Made by a program: the position numbers and the translations under genes. A stretch of DNA of 37,312 bases from Deltaproteobacteria bacterium. GTDB lineage: Bacteria > Bdellovibrionota_B > Oligoflexia > Oligoflexales > RGVZ01. Position 1 is the first letter of the stretch. Every line of letters begins with the position of its first letter. Location of the stretch: positions 1 to 37,312 of the forward strand of contig JBEIGW010000001.1 in the NCBI GenBank assembly GCA_040381655.1. The letters are read 5' to 3'. The notes under the pieces are model-generated. The model saw only the letters and a program-made list of their open reading frames with translations, was not told the DNA's origin and searched no databases. Below, piece by piece: positions 24,700 through 34,207 of this stretch.

Positions 24700-27594
24700 T
24701 TAGAACAGAGCATCAAAGCCAAATGTCCAATAGGCTTGCCATGTGCGGCCTAAAACTTGCCCAGTGCCAAACCCCATGTTGAAATTAACACCTTTGTTAT
24801 CCAAAAATAGATCTAGACTGTAGCCGTGCGCAGCAGTCAGATCAGTGAGTTTGGGGAGATCAGGCCCCCTCCATGCTGTTCCATAATTGAAAAATCCGCT
24901 GCCCACCATTTTGTCAACGTACACAAGGCCACCCAGGAACTTATCAAAATTTTCAACAATGGGGTGGGTCATTAAAATTCGGGCCCTCGCCTGACTTTCA
25001 CCAAAAGCTGGACTGAATAGACCGTGATCTTCCGTCAGTGCGAAGCTGTTCTGATTTAGTCCTGCTCCAGTTCCTGGAATTAGTGTTTTTAAGGGTTGAT
25101 ACATTTCCTGAAGCTCCCGCCGTCGCGGACCTCTCGTTCTACTGTGATCGAGTGCCGCCTCAACTTTTCCCTTTCCAACTTTGCTACCACCGGTGACCGA
25201 TCCCCCGACAACGTCGTATTGAAAGACTTTGTTCATAGCAGCAGGTGCAAATCGTGTTCGAAATGACAAAGCAGAATAAAAGCGTGAGTACCCTGACATG
25301 GTTGCGCTAATGCCCGCATAGGGTTCATTCAGATGCCCGCTACGACGTGTGGGGCCGATGTAGGGTTTCAAGTGGGAGCTTTTAATGCCCCAATCGTAAT
25401 CCAAAGAAAGGTTCTTCCATTGTTGTCGGTAGAACCCGTCCACTCTTCCGCCTTGTTCCTCAACGAAACCAGATAGGATTTCTTTTGTCACCTTGTCCCG
25501 ATAACGGCCGTTATAAACTTGTGCTCGAAATGCCGTTATGGACCAGGTGGGATCGAAGCGATTCGTCACGAGTGTAACATCATGATAAGGAAATCGGCTT
25601 GCGGTTCCGACTAATACCGTTGCCCGCAATGTTTCATTTTGCATGTGATCCATGAGTGGCACGCTGATAAGTCCTACTTGCGGCCCAAGAGCGTCATCTG
25701 CACCGATCCACGGGAAGGCCAGCACGGGTCGCCCCCGCCACGCAGCGGGTTTGATCTCCGGCAGACTCGCCTCTGTCGGCTCAGCGCCAGTTGATGCTTC
25801 AATCTGCGGAGCATCTTTTTTAGATTCAGCGGAGTCTAGTTGGGGCGTCGTTTCCTGATTTTTGGACCAAATATTTGATCGTTGCATCGCCTCACTCAGC
25901 GAAATCGGTGATGGAGATTGCATCGCCGCAAGCAACGGCGATGATCTCTCTGATAACCCGCGACATGGTTTTAGTGGAAATCGGTTTGAATCCGGCAGCC
26001 GAGCGGGGAAGCCATCAGACGAGAATAAAATGACATGCGGTAAATTGGTGGATGATCCAATGATTCTGACGGGGAAGTCTGAGAGTTCGACGACCCCCAT
26101 GCATTGGAATTGCTCGTTTAGCTTGATTAAGTGGCGCCAAGAACGACTTGCGCCCAGCATCCAAATTGAGTCGCCAGCGCGCGCTAAACTTATGGGGCGT
26201 CCACCCACCGGCGACTTCAGGGTTCTCAGTTGGGATGTGTGTAGATCTACTTCTAGAATATCTTGGCTATCGCCGTGTAACCGTTCAGTGCTGCGCGAAA
26301 GCCACAGGGTTTTTGTAGTTTTTGAGTTAAGATCCTCGTCAGTACCGAGCACTTTTAAAGTCTCTGGCATGTTTGACGACAGAGCACAATTAACGGCACT
26401 TTTTTTGAAGTTTTTTTGTGGTGCTGAACATAGGCTGACCTTTTCAACGTATGTTTCTAGCCACCAGACGCGGTCATCACTTAGCCAAGGTCCGTCAATC
26501 CAGGTACTGTCTCGTTCTAGTGAGCGCCGGATTTTACGATCTGGCGCGAGCACGACTTTGATGCGCTGTTGGTTTGCTTGGGGATAATATGTTGCAATCC
26601 AGGCTTTAGTTTTCCCGTTATCGGCTAGTTGATAGCTTGCAGATTCGGCTGGTGGTCTGACTCTTTGTAGTTTGCCGTCTCTAAATCTCCATGAATAGGC
26701 GCTTTCGGCTTTTGATCCCGCTTCCGATAACAATATGGGTGACGACAACTGTCCCTTCCAATGGGCGGTCGCGTCAATCTTGTATTGTTCATATAGTTCA
26801 AAGCCCGATTTTCCACTAATGGCTTGGAGGGCGCTATCCATCGGAAGAAAGCCGTTTAGCGGAGTCAGAGCCCATGGCCAATACCATGGCATCGATTTCG
26901 CCCTAAAATGTTCTAGTAACTCCGGCAGACGATCGGCTCCATGGGTTTTTAAAATCCATGATACAAACGCGCCACTCGTGGCGTATCCCCGGTAATTGAA
27001 CGGTCCAGTCGTATATAGGCTGTGAATCCTATCCCAGGAGGGCCACTGACCAGACAGAGCTTGATATCGCTCAACTCCGGCCTGTTCATCAGATCCGATG
27101 GCGACGCTTATGGCCTCAGCGAGACCCTCAAGAAACCATGCTTCCATCCAGGGAAGATGAAATATTGCTCCGGCTGGTCCGAAGATATTGTCGAAATGTC
27201 GATACATGGTGGAGTGAACGTATTCATGCCACGCAAGGTCTCGGCCGCCCTGGCCCATGGTCTGTAGCTCGATTGAATCGGTTAAGAAGTTGGCAAATGA
27301 AGCGTTTTGACTGGCGGCCGATATATTGACAATCAAGGGTGAGGATCTTTGAACGTTAAACCACTTTTCGACAGATGGTCTGGCAGCCTCGAGTGCCTTC
27401 AGAGCCAGTTTAGCATCTGCGGGTGCACGCTCATCAAAGTAAACTATGAAATTTGGCGACGTCATTTCCATGAATGTCAGCTCGCCTTGGTTGTAGCCAA
27501 AACCTATGGGCAAAGCGTGGGCACTTTCGACACAGCAAGTGACCTGAACCAACAAAATCAGAATTTTTTGTAAAGTCTCTTTGATCTGACGCAC
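24700..27594 (-). CDS. Secreted gluzincin-like (HExxH...E, peptidase-MA-like) protein fused to a C-terminal outer-membrane beta-barrel
   Basis: 964 aa, GTG start. Signal peptide ...CCVESAHA/LP. AWHEYVHS (HExxH at 27214-27228) is followed about 28 residues later by WFLEGLAEA. The central region is beta-rich. The last 330 aa or so have amphipathic strands and end ...QAYWTFGFDALF, a terminal Phe as in OMP beta-signals. Confidence 0.6.
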   Translation of the reverse strand: MRQIKETLQKILILLVQVTCCVESAHALPIGFGYNQGELTFMEMTSPNFIVYFDERAPADAKLALKALEAARPSVEKWFNVQRSSPLIVNISAASQNASFANFLTDSIELQTMGQGGRDLAWHEYVHSTMYRHFDNIFGPAGAIFHLPWMEAWFLEGLAEAISVAIGSDEQAGVERYQALSGQWPSWDRIHSLYTTGPFNYRGYATSGAFVSWILKTHGADRLPELLEHFRAKSMPWYWPWALTPLNGFLPMDSALQAISGKSGFELYEQYKIDATAHWKGQLSSPILLSEAGSKAESAYSWRFRDGKLQRVRPPAESASYQLADNGKTKAWIATYYPQANQQRIKVVLAPDRKIRRSLERDSTWIDGPWLSDDRVWWLETYVEKVSLCSAPQKNFKKSAVNCALSSNMPETLKVLGTDEDLNSKTTKTLWLSRSTERLHGDSQDILEVDLHTSQLRTLKSPVGGRPISLARAGDSIWMLGASRSWRHLIKLNEQFQCMGVVELSDFPVRIIGSSTNLPHVILFSSDGFPARLPDSNRFPLKPCRGLSERSSPLLAAMQSPSPISLSEAMQRSNIWSKNQETTPQLDSAESKKDAPQIEASTGAEPTEASLPEIKPAAWRGRPVLAFPWIGADDALGPQVGLISVPLMDHMQNETLRATVLVGTASRFPYHDVTLVTNRFDPTWSITAFRAQVYNGRYRDKVTKEILSGFVEEQGGRVDGFYRQQWKNLSLDYDWGIKSSHLKPYIGPTRRSGHLNEPYAGISATMSGYSRFYSALSFRTRFAPAAMNKVFQYDVVGGSVTGGSKVGKGKVEAALDHSRTRGPRRRELQEMYQPLKTLIPGTGAGLNQNSFALTEDHGLFSPAFGESQARARILMTHPIVENFDKFLGGLVYVDKMVGSGFFNYGTAWRGPDLPKLTDLTAAHGYSLDLFLDNKGVNFNMGFGTGQVLGRTWQAYWTFGFDALF

Positions 27595-27795
27595 GATTTG
27601 TCAGGGCTCCCCTTGAATCCAAATGCGAGAAAACAGCTAAAAATATTGAGAATTGTATCAGTTTGATGTCCTTGCTGCGATCATGAATATCAATGTTCAC
27701 CCTCGGCTTTGGGAAATTAATGGATTTTTGCTGGTTTTGATGAAACACATGAACGTGCATGTAGGGGAGACCATAGTTTTGGAGGGCGGGGTTTC

Positions 27796-28842
27796 GTGCA
27801 AAATTTGGGCATCTCATTTCCTTTTATGATCGCGCCCATGGTGGGAATTAGTCATGTGGCTTTTCGCGAGCTCGTGAAGTGCTACACTCCCATCGGAGTC
27901 GACGCCTTGCGATTTACCGAGATGTTATCTACACGCAAGCTACCAAGTGAGCGGCTGCACGTGACAAATGAGCTGAAGACGGCCTTGAATGAGGATTATT
28001 TCGTCCCGCAACTTTTGGGCAACGAAGAGCGTTTTATTGAGCCAAGCGTACGAAAATTAGAGCAGATCAAGCCTTGGGGTTACGACATAAATATGGGCTG
28101 TCCGCAAACGCATGTGCTCCGTCACAATTGGGGCGTTCGGCTCATGGGGGATGCGCAGTATGCTGCCGATGTGGTGCGCATGGTTCGGCGCTGTACGACT
28201 GCTCCTGTTAGTGTCAAGTTACGTGGCGGTGCTGACAAAGATATGGATCTTTTATACCTAACTGATTTCACGGCGGCGCTTGAGGAGGCTGGTGCCGATT
28301 GGTTGACCATTCACGCAAGGCCGCGAGCAGCGAAGCATGATGGTCCAGCCAACTGGGATATCGTGGCTTCTGTATCTGGCAAGCGATCAATACCTGTTGT
28401 GGCAAATGGTGATATTCAGACGGCTCAAGACGCGCTCCGTATTGTTCGAGAATTTGGATGTGGCGGCGCGATGATCGCCCGTGCCGCTACCGCCAGGCCA
28501 TGGATTCTTTGGCAGATTGCCGAAGATCTTGATCTGGGTCTTTTTCCGCCAGGTCGGGGGGGCGACTCGGCGCCTCGCACGCCCGAGGAAGAGGGCCGCG
28601 AGTATTTCCGCGCGTTTTTGACGTTCATTGATCTTGTGGAGACGTATTTTGCGAAAGATTCCGGAGAGCTTGATTTTGCTCTCCAGAAATTACGCTTTTT
28701 CGCGGCAACTGGATCCAAATGGTTTATGTTCGGTCACAGTTTTTGGAAGTTAACCATGAAATCAAAAAGCTTAGACGAAATGAGAGATCTTGTCTCAGCG
28801 TACGCATCGCGAGGAGATCATGCGATGTATTCCCGGATTTAA
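27796..28842 (+). CDS. tRNA-dihydrouridine synthase (Dus family)
   Basis: 348 aa, GTG start. FMIAPMVGISHVAFREL, DINMGCPQ and LTIHARPR...W motifs. Confidence 0.85.
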   Translation: MQNLGISFPFMIAPMVGISHVAFRELVKCYTPIGVDALRFTEMLSTRKLPSERLHVTNELKTALNEDYFVPQLLGNEERFIEPSVRKLEQIKPWGYDINMGCPQTHVLRHNWGVRLMGDAQYAADVVRMVRRCTTAPVSVKLRGGADKDMDLLYLTDFTAALEEAGADWLTIHARPRAAKHDGPANWDIVASVSGKRSIPVVANGDIQTAQDALRIVREFGCGGAMIARAATARPWILWQIAEDLDLGLFPPGRGGDSAPRTPEEEGREYFRAFLTFIDLVETYFAKDSGELDFALQKLRFFAATGSKWFMFGHSFWKLTMKSKSLDEMRDLVSAYASRGDHAMYSRI

Positions 28843-28843
28843 G

Positions 28844-30310
28844 CTAAGAAGCGTTTGACATGATTGGTGCCGGCATAATTCGGCCGTCAGGATAGATTTT
28901 ATTTAGGGCATTAAATGCGGCGATTCTGTAGGCCTCAGCGAGGGTCGGATAGTTGAAAATCATGTTGATCAAGTCGTTCGCACAGCCGCCTTTGAGCATA
29001 AAAGCAAGACCTATGTGAACGAGGTTGGCGGCGTCTTCGCCCATAATATGAATACCTAAAATTCGGTGGGTTTTCCGTTCGATGAGAAGCTTTAAAATCC
29101 CGTGGTTGTCTCCTTTAATGTAGCCGCGCGCTAATTCGTGGTAATACGCACGGCCCACGACGTAATCTATTTTTTGTTCCTGTAGTTGATCTTCGGTTGG
29201 ACCAACACTGGAGAGCTCCGGAATAGTATAAACACCTATGGGGAAGTGTTGTGGGAACTCGCTTTTGATCGTTGCGAACGCATGCAGTGCGCAAAAGCGC
29301 CCCTGCTGCGCGGAGGTGGCTGCTAGTGCGGGCGGACCAATAACATCACCCGCTGCGTAAATGTGCGGTAGGCTGGTCTGAAACACGTCGTTCACACTAA
29401 TAATTCCACGCTCGTTGACTTTGATTCCAATTTTATCAAGTCCTAAGTTCTCGGAGTTCGATATTCGTCCCGCAGCAAAAAACAATACATCAGTTTGGAT
29501 GGTCTCGTCTGACAACCTCACATCCAGTTTCGCGCCGTTTGGTGCGATGCCAGTCAACTCTTGTTTAAATTTTATCTTAACTCCCATGTCCGTCATCGAT
29601 TTTTCAAGAGATTTCACAACCTCGGTATCAGACATGGCGAGTAGCCGGTCTCGCGAGTCGACGAGGATGGTTTCCACGCCGAGCGCGGCAAAAATGCAGG
29701 CGTATTCGCATCCGATGACTCCAGCTCCGTAAATCAGCATGTGTCTAGGGACCGATTCCAGTTGGAGGATTTCGTTACTGTCCACGACACGCCAGCCATC
29801 AAAGGGTATGTTAGAGGGTCTTCGCGGTCGAGATCCGGTGGCGATGACAAAAAACTTGCTCTTAATTGTGTACGGAGCAGATTCAGATGGTTTGACTTTG
29901 ACTGTATGGGGATCCTCAAAACTTGCGAAACCCGAGCAGACTTCTATATTGTTTTTTTTAAGGTAGCGTCGGACCAGAGACTCCTCCTCTTGCGAGACTT
30001 TCTCTGCGCGTTGGTAGAGTTTTGTGGTCCCCACAGCGTCTATCACCCGTTCGACCCAGCCTGGTCCAGCGTGATGTTTTATGGAATGTATCGTCTCGAG
30101 GCTTTCACGTATTGTTTTGGATGGAAGGGTGCCGGTATGGATCCAGGCGCCTCCGAGAGAGTTTGGAGTTTTTTCTATGACGCAGACGCTTTTTTTCAGT
30201 TTAGCCGCTTGCACGGCCGCTTGCACGCCAGCTGGACCTGAGCCGATGACCACCAGATCATACTCGGATTTTTGTGCTCTCTCGGATGTTTTCGCGGATT
30301 CATCAGTCAT
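28844..30310 (-). CDS. sthA: Soluble pyridine nucleotide transhydrogenase (Si-specific) / flavoprotein disulfide-reductase family member lacking the redox disulfide
   Basis: YDLVVIGSGPAGVQAA FAD motif. GGAWIHTGTLPSK occupies the position of the CxxxxC of lipoamide dehydrogenase, as in SthA/UdhA. IYGAGVIGCEYA and IYAAGDVIG. I prefer the ATG at 30310 (GGAG 8 nt upstream); the ORF is open to 30331. Confidence 0.8.
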   Translation of the reverse strand: MTDESAKTSERAQKSEYDLVVIGSGPAGVQAAVQAAKLKKSVCVIEKTPNSLGGAWIHTGTLPSKTIRESLETIHSIKHHAGPGWVERVIDAVGTTKLYQRAEKVSQEEESLVRRYLKKNNIEVCSGFASFEDPHTVKVKPSESAPYTIKSKFFVIATGSRPRRPSNIPFDGWRVVDSNEILQLESVPRHMLIYGAGVIGCEYACIFAALGVETILVDSRDRLLAMSDTEVVKSLEKSMTDMGVKIKFKQELTGIAPNGAKLDVRLSDETIQTDVLFFAAGRISNSENLGLDKIGIKVNERGIISVNDVFQTSLPHIYAAGDVIGPPALAATSAQQGRFCALHAFATIKSEFPQHFPIGVYTIPELSSVGPTEDQLQEQKIDYVVGRAYYHELARGYIKGDNHGILKLLIERKTHRILGIHIMGEDAANLVHIGLAFMLKGGCANDLINMIFNYPTLAEAYRIAAFNALNKIYPDGRIMPAPIMSNAS

Positions 30311-30415
30311 GGCTAGAACTCCAACCTTCATTCAATTCATCATTAGATTTTAGGACGTTTCAATCTCTAGGGAAACGTGTCAAGATTTTGGTGGCATTTT
30401 TAAAGGAGTCTGAGC

Positions 30416-30970
30416 ATGAGTGTCGCCCTAATGGGATTGTTGCCGCTGATCGTTTTCGCAGTAGTGGACATTGTTGCAGGCATGCGGGCAGCGATTATCG
30501 CGGCCATGATCGTCGCCTGTGCGGAGGCGGTTTGGAGTTGGTACCAATTTGGTGAGATTGATAATATTACGTGGCTTTCGCTTGGTCTCATTTTTGTGAT
30601 GGGTTTTATCAGTATCCAGATGAAAGATCCGCGGCTTTTTAAATTTCAACCTGTCGTTTTGGCGGGTGTCTTGGCAGCGTTGCTGGGATGGTTTCAATTA
30701 AGGGGGGAGCCTTTGATGGTACAGATGATGCCTAAAGTTGCGGCCTTACTCCCCGAGGAACAGCGATGGGTCATGAGTGATCCCGGGACCTTGAAGAGGA
30801 TGGCACGCCTTGATTTGATGATGATACCGACGTTTATAGCCCACGGAGCGCTCGTTGCATGGGCTGCATTGCGTAAAAGTACTTTGTTTTGGCTTGTTGT
30901 AAGGGGTGCGGGCATATACCTGTTGATGCTGTTGGTTGTGGTGATAAATGCGTTGCTGCCGATTAATTAG
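30416..30970 (+). CDS. Inner-membrane protein, YciB/IspZ (intracellular septation protein A)-like
   Basis: 184 aa with about 5 TM segments. The N-terminus LLPLIVFAVVDIV and overall size/topology resemble YciB. AAGGAG RBS. Confidence 0.45.
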   Translation: MSVALMGLLPLIVFAVVDIVAGMRAAIIAAMIVACAEAVWSWYQFGEIDNITWLSLGLIFVMGFISIQMKDPRLFKFQPVVLAGVLAALLGWFQLRGEPLMVQMMPKVAALLPEEQRWVMSDPGTLKRMARLDLMMIPTFIAHGALVAWAALRKSTLFWLVVRGAGIYLLMLLVVVINALLPIN

Positions 30971-31143
30971 CTGTAACCTGGGTCTTGATAGTGGTATGAT
31001 TCCCAAAATAATTTCTTGAGTAGAGCGAAGCAGGGCGGGTCATGATTCTTTCGAGGTCAGGGCTTGCGCGGTACAGCAGAGTTGGACTCTGCGCCTAGCT
31101 TGGTTTTTGTGGTGTAAGAGCGACTCTACCAATTGGGGGCAGC

Positions 31144-32259
31144 GTGTTTGAACACAGAATCGGACTTGGAAAGTCGGTAGATTTGCCCTCTGCGCAAATG
31201 TTGCAGCGGCACAAGGGCTGGCTTCTGGGGTTACCCATTCAATGTAGTGCGCCAATGCAGTCATATCCGCTAATACTGGCTATTGGTGGTGGTAAAGGCG
31301 GTGTGGGTAAGAGTCTCATTTCCGCCAACCTTGCGGCTTACCTCGCGAGGCAGGGGTTTAAAGTGGCTGCTTTAGATTTGGATTGCGGTGGCGCCAACCT
31401 ACATACCTACTTTGGAATGGGTGGCGTAGCGACGAGTCTTGGAGACTGGCTAGTTCAAGGCAAGACTGATTTAGCCGGCGTGCTAACTCCGTCACCTGTT
31501 GAAGGTCTTAGTATTGCGTCGAGTCAGCGTGACGATGCTTGGGCGGTCGCAGACATGCTGTCAGGCGTTGGTTTATCCTGCCTATGGGATGGCATACTTG
31601 GTTTGAGTTCAAATGGATATCATGTGGTGCTCTTGGATTTGGGTGCCGGCGCTAGCCGTCACACCATTGATCTTTTCTGTTGCGCTCACGCCGGGATTGT
31701 AACAGCACTTCCTGAACCCACCTCGGTTGAAAATGCTTATTTATTCATGCGGACTGCACTGATGCGGCTGATGGATCATGCATCCCAGCGATTGGGGAAA
31801 CCAGATGAAGGTGCTGGAGTCATCAGCGCTCTGAATCAGGATCTACCAGGCAGCCCAGGGCGCAGTTATACGGATAAGCTTCGGGGGTTGTATCAACAGA
31901 ATCCTGCTTTGATTGGTCCAATGGCAACCGCTTTATCGGGACGTCTTTTGGGTCTTCTTGTGAATCAAACTAGGTCCCAAGCGGACATAGACATGGGTAA
32001 GGCCATGGAAATTGCCGCCCAACGCTATTTTGGTTTTAACGCCACATGTCTTGGCTACCTAAATTATGATGAGGCTGCATGGAGGAGCTTGCGTAACAAG
32101 CGCCTACTGCTTCAAGATTTCCCACAGTCAATTATTGCTCGAAGACTGGCAGAGGCTGCAAATTCGCTGTTAAAGCATTGTGGCGTCGTTATAACCAACG
32201 CCGACGAGTCTCACAGGCCGCCACTAGGGGCTGACGAAACTCTTGGTATTTCGCAGTAA
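31144..32259 (+). CDS. ParA/MinD-family P-loop ATPase
   Basis: Deviant Walker A ILAIGGGKGGVGKSLISANLA, then ALDLDCGGANLH and VVLLDLGAGAS. The start is uncertain: GTG 31144, ATG 31198 or ATG 31255. Confidence 0.8.
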   Translation: MFEHRIGLGKSVDLPSAQMLQRHKGWLLGLPIQCSAPMQSYPLILAIGGGKGGVGKSLISANLAAYLARQGFKVAALDLDCGGANLHTYFGMGGVATSLGDWLVQGKTDLAGVLTPSPVEGLSIASSQRDDAWAVADMLSGVGLSCLWDGILGLSSNGYHVVLLDLGAGASRHTIDLFCCAHAGIVTALPEPTSVENAYLFMRTALMRLMDHASQRLGKPDEGAGVISALNQDLPGSPGRSYTDKLRGLYQQNPALIGPMATALSGRLLGLLVNQTRSQADIDMGKAMEIAAQRYFGFNATCLGYLNYDEAAWRSLRNKRLLLQDFPQSIIARRLAEAANSLLKHCGVVITNADESHRPPLGADETLGISQ

Positions 32260-32296
32260 ACATTTTGTACTTTCATAAACACGGAGGATCATCATC

Positions 32297-33031
32297 ATGA
32301 ACCTTGAATCTCTCAGCAGCACCCCCACAATCCCAGGTCTCGGCGCGAACTTTGCCGTTCCGACCTATTACGATATTTTGAATGTTGATCGTGCAGCATC
32401 TAAATTTACTATTCGAGAGTCCTACTTAAGATTGAAAAATCTCTACGCGAACGGCGGCGATGGGCTCTACGGCGTTGTCGGTGCGAATGATTTGAGCCGA
32501 CATTTGCAGGAGCTCGAGGTGGCCTTTGAGGCTCTCAATGACGATGCGCGACGGGCCGCCTATGATCGCACACTCCTTCACACGAGGTTGGAAGGTTCAG
32601 ATAAAACGCCAGCGGTACAACCTGCTGGGGAAGCTCGCGAGGCACCTACGGCCTTTGCTGGCGCGGAGATTGTTCAAACCAATAGGAGTGTCTTGAGAGT
32701 TACCCGCATTCACGCTCCAGGGTCTGCAGATAATACGTTGCAAACCAGGATGTTAACGATCATTGAGGATGGTGATGTGGGTGACGGGTCCATACTGGTG
32801 GCCCTTAGGCAGGCCGCAGGTGTTGGTCACGGTGAAATGCAGGAACGCACCAAGATATCGCTGGAATATATTCGGGATATGGAAGCTAACCAATTTGATA
32901 GGTTACCTAAAGTCGTTTACGTCAAGGGTTTTATGAGGAGTTATTTGCGCTATTTGAGCGTGCCAAATGCCGAAAAAATTGTTACGGCATACATCGCGCG
33001 TCTTGAGGCCTATCAAGCTGGCCAGAAATGA
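32297..33031 (+). CDS. J-like domain (no HPD) + RodZ-type helix-turn-helix (HTH_25-like) protein
   Basis: 244 aa. TYYDILNVDRAASKFTIRESYLRLKNLYANGGDG...FEALNDDARRAAYDRTL follows the J-domain pattern but has ANG where HPD is expected. C-terminal ISLEYIRDMEANQFDRLPKVVYVKGFMRSYLRYLSV matches the RodZ N-terminal HTH signature. Confidence 0.65.
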   Translation: MNLESLSSTPTIPGLGANFAVPTYYDILNVDRAASKFTIRESYLRLKNLYANGGDGLYGVVGANDLSRHLQELEVAFEALNDDARRAAYDRTLLHTRLEGSDKTPAVQPAGEAREAPTAFAGAEIVQTNRSVLRVTRIHAPGSADNTLQTRMLTIIEDGDVGDGSILVALRQAAGVGHGEMQERTKISLEYIRDMEANQFDRLPKVVYVKGFMRSYLRYLSVPNAEKIVTAYIARLEAYQAGQK

Positions 33032-33035
33032 GTTT

Positions 33036-34088
33036 ATGTCGACCGACCCGAGCACTCGTGAAATAACGGTCGCGCCCCTCGATGAGGGGCGTGTTCGTTT
33101 GGATGTTTATTTGAGCCGCGTCTTACCCGATATGTCCAGATCGAAGGTTCAGGAAATGATCGACGCAGGTCTGGTTCGGGTCAACGGCACTGTTGGTATT
33201 ACTAAGCAGCAGGTCAAATCAGGTGATCACATCGAGTTTTCGGAGCGGCCCAAAGCACTCAGCCATCTTCAGCCCGTTCCGATGGATCTTGAGATACTTT
33301 TTGAAGATGAACATGTCATTGTACTAAACAAGCCTGCAGGTATCGCTGTTCATCCCGGTGCAGGCGAAAAAGGAGCAACGCTCGTTCACGGCTTACTCCA
33401 TCACGCCAAGTTATTGGGAAATAGCTCGGTGGTTGACGATGACCAGGACTTAAGTCTTCAGAGGCCCGGCATTGTTCATCGGTTGGATAAAGAGACAACA
33501 GGAGTCATGGTTGTCGCTAAAACCGATGCGGCTCATGCTGATTTGTCAAAACAGTTTCATGATAAAACCAATTTTCGTCAGTATGTCGCACTTCTAAATG
33601 GCCCGTTTCCTGCCGGTGAGTGGGTGCGCGACAGCTATCTTTACCGTGATCCTAAAGAACGCACTCGCTTTGCTTCGATGGACGTTGCCGAGTATGAGCA
33701 TAAAAAGTCACGTGAGGGCGGCGTTGATCTGTCTGGTTACCGATTTGCCAGAACATTATTTAAAAGTGAGATTCAATATCGAGGTGTCCTTTCGATGGTT
33801 AGCCTGAAGTTGTCTACCGGCCGGACACATCAGATAAGGTTACATGCGCGCGATCTTGGGGCTCCGGTTTTGGGTGACCCTGTCTACGGTGTTCGTCCGA
33901 TTTGCTTGGGGCGGAGTCTTTTCCCTGAAGATTTGGAAGCCACTATTTTGGGCGTCAAGCGTCAGATGTTGCATGCCTGGGTTCTAGGATTTAGTCACCC
34001 CGCTTCAGGAAAGTGGCTTCAGTTTGAGGCGAGCTTGCCAGATGATTTCAGGCAAATTATCGAAGCATTAGAGCCATTTAGAGACTAG
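33036..34088 (+). CDS. rluD: RluA-family 23S rRNA pseudouridine synthase (RluD-like)
   Basis: S4-like N-terminus RLDVYLSRVLPDMSRSKVQEMI, catalytic HRLDKETTGVMVVAK and GRTHQIRLHA. The ATG at 33036 lies 4 nt after the upstream stop; the ORF is open from 32967. Confidence 0.88.
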   Translation: MSTDPSTREITVAPLDEGRVRLDVYLSRVLPDMSRSKVQEMIDAGLVRVNGTVGITKQQVKSGDHIEFSERPKALSHLQPVPMDLEILFEDEHVIVLNKPAGIAVHPGAGEKGATLVHGLLHHAKLLGNSSVVDDDQDLSLQRPGIVHRLDKETTGVMVVAKTDAAHADLSKQFHDKTNFRQYVALLNGPFPAGEWVRDSYLYRDPKERTRFASMDVAEYEHKKSREGGVDLSGYRFARTLFKSEIQYRGVLSMVSLKLSTGRTHQIRLHARDLGAPVLGDPVYGVRPICLGRSLFPEDLEATILGVKRQMLHAWVLGFSHPASGKWLQFEASLPDDFRQIIEALEPFRD

Positions 34089-34207
34089 GTCTGGGTTTTG
34101 AGGCGCGTCTACCAGCCCCCTTGGGTCTTGTGATTAAGCATGAAATCAGACATACTATGGCATTATAACATCTTTACAAGTCACGCTTTTTATCAGGGCG
34201 GGGTTTC

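Noticed and set aside
27784-27798. The identical 15-mer GGGCGGGGTTTCGTG ends in the GTG start codon of both the dus gene (27784-27798) and the L,D-transpeptidase gene (34196-34210).
   Set aside because: A rough estimate gives an expectation on the order of one chance 15-mer repeat in a 37-kb window. The flanks do not extend the match. It is a curious coincidence of RBS-like G-run plus spacer plus GTG, but not enough to call a shared regulatory element.
28840-28846. Convergent dus and sthA stop codons separated by a single nucleotide with no terminator hairpin between them.
   Set aside because: This is real in the sequence, but tight convergent gene ends are common in compact genomes. I see no structure suggesting a specific mechanism.
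30355-30378. Inverted repeat ACGTTTC-N10-GAAACGT in the divergent sthA / yciB-like promoter region.
   Set aside because: The arms are only 7 bp with no second copy in the window. This cannot be told apart from a chance palindrome without comparative data.
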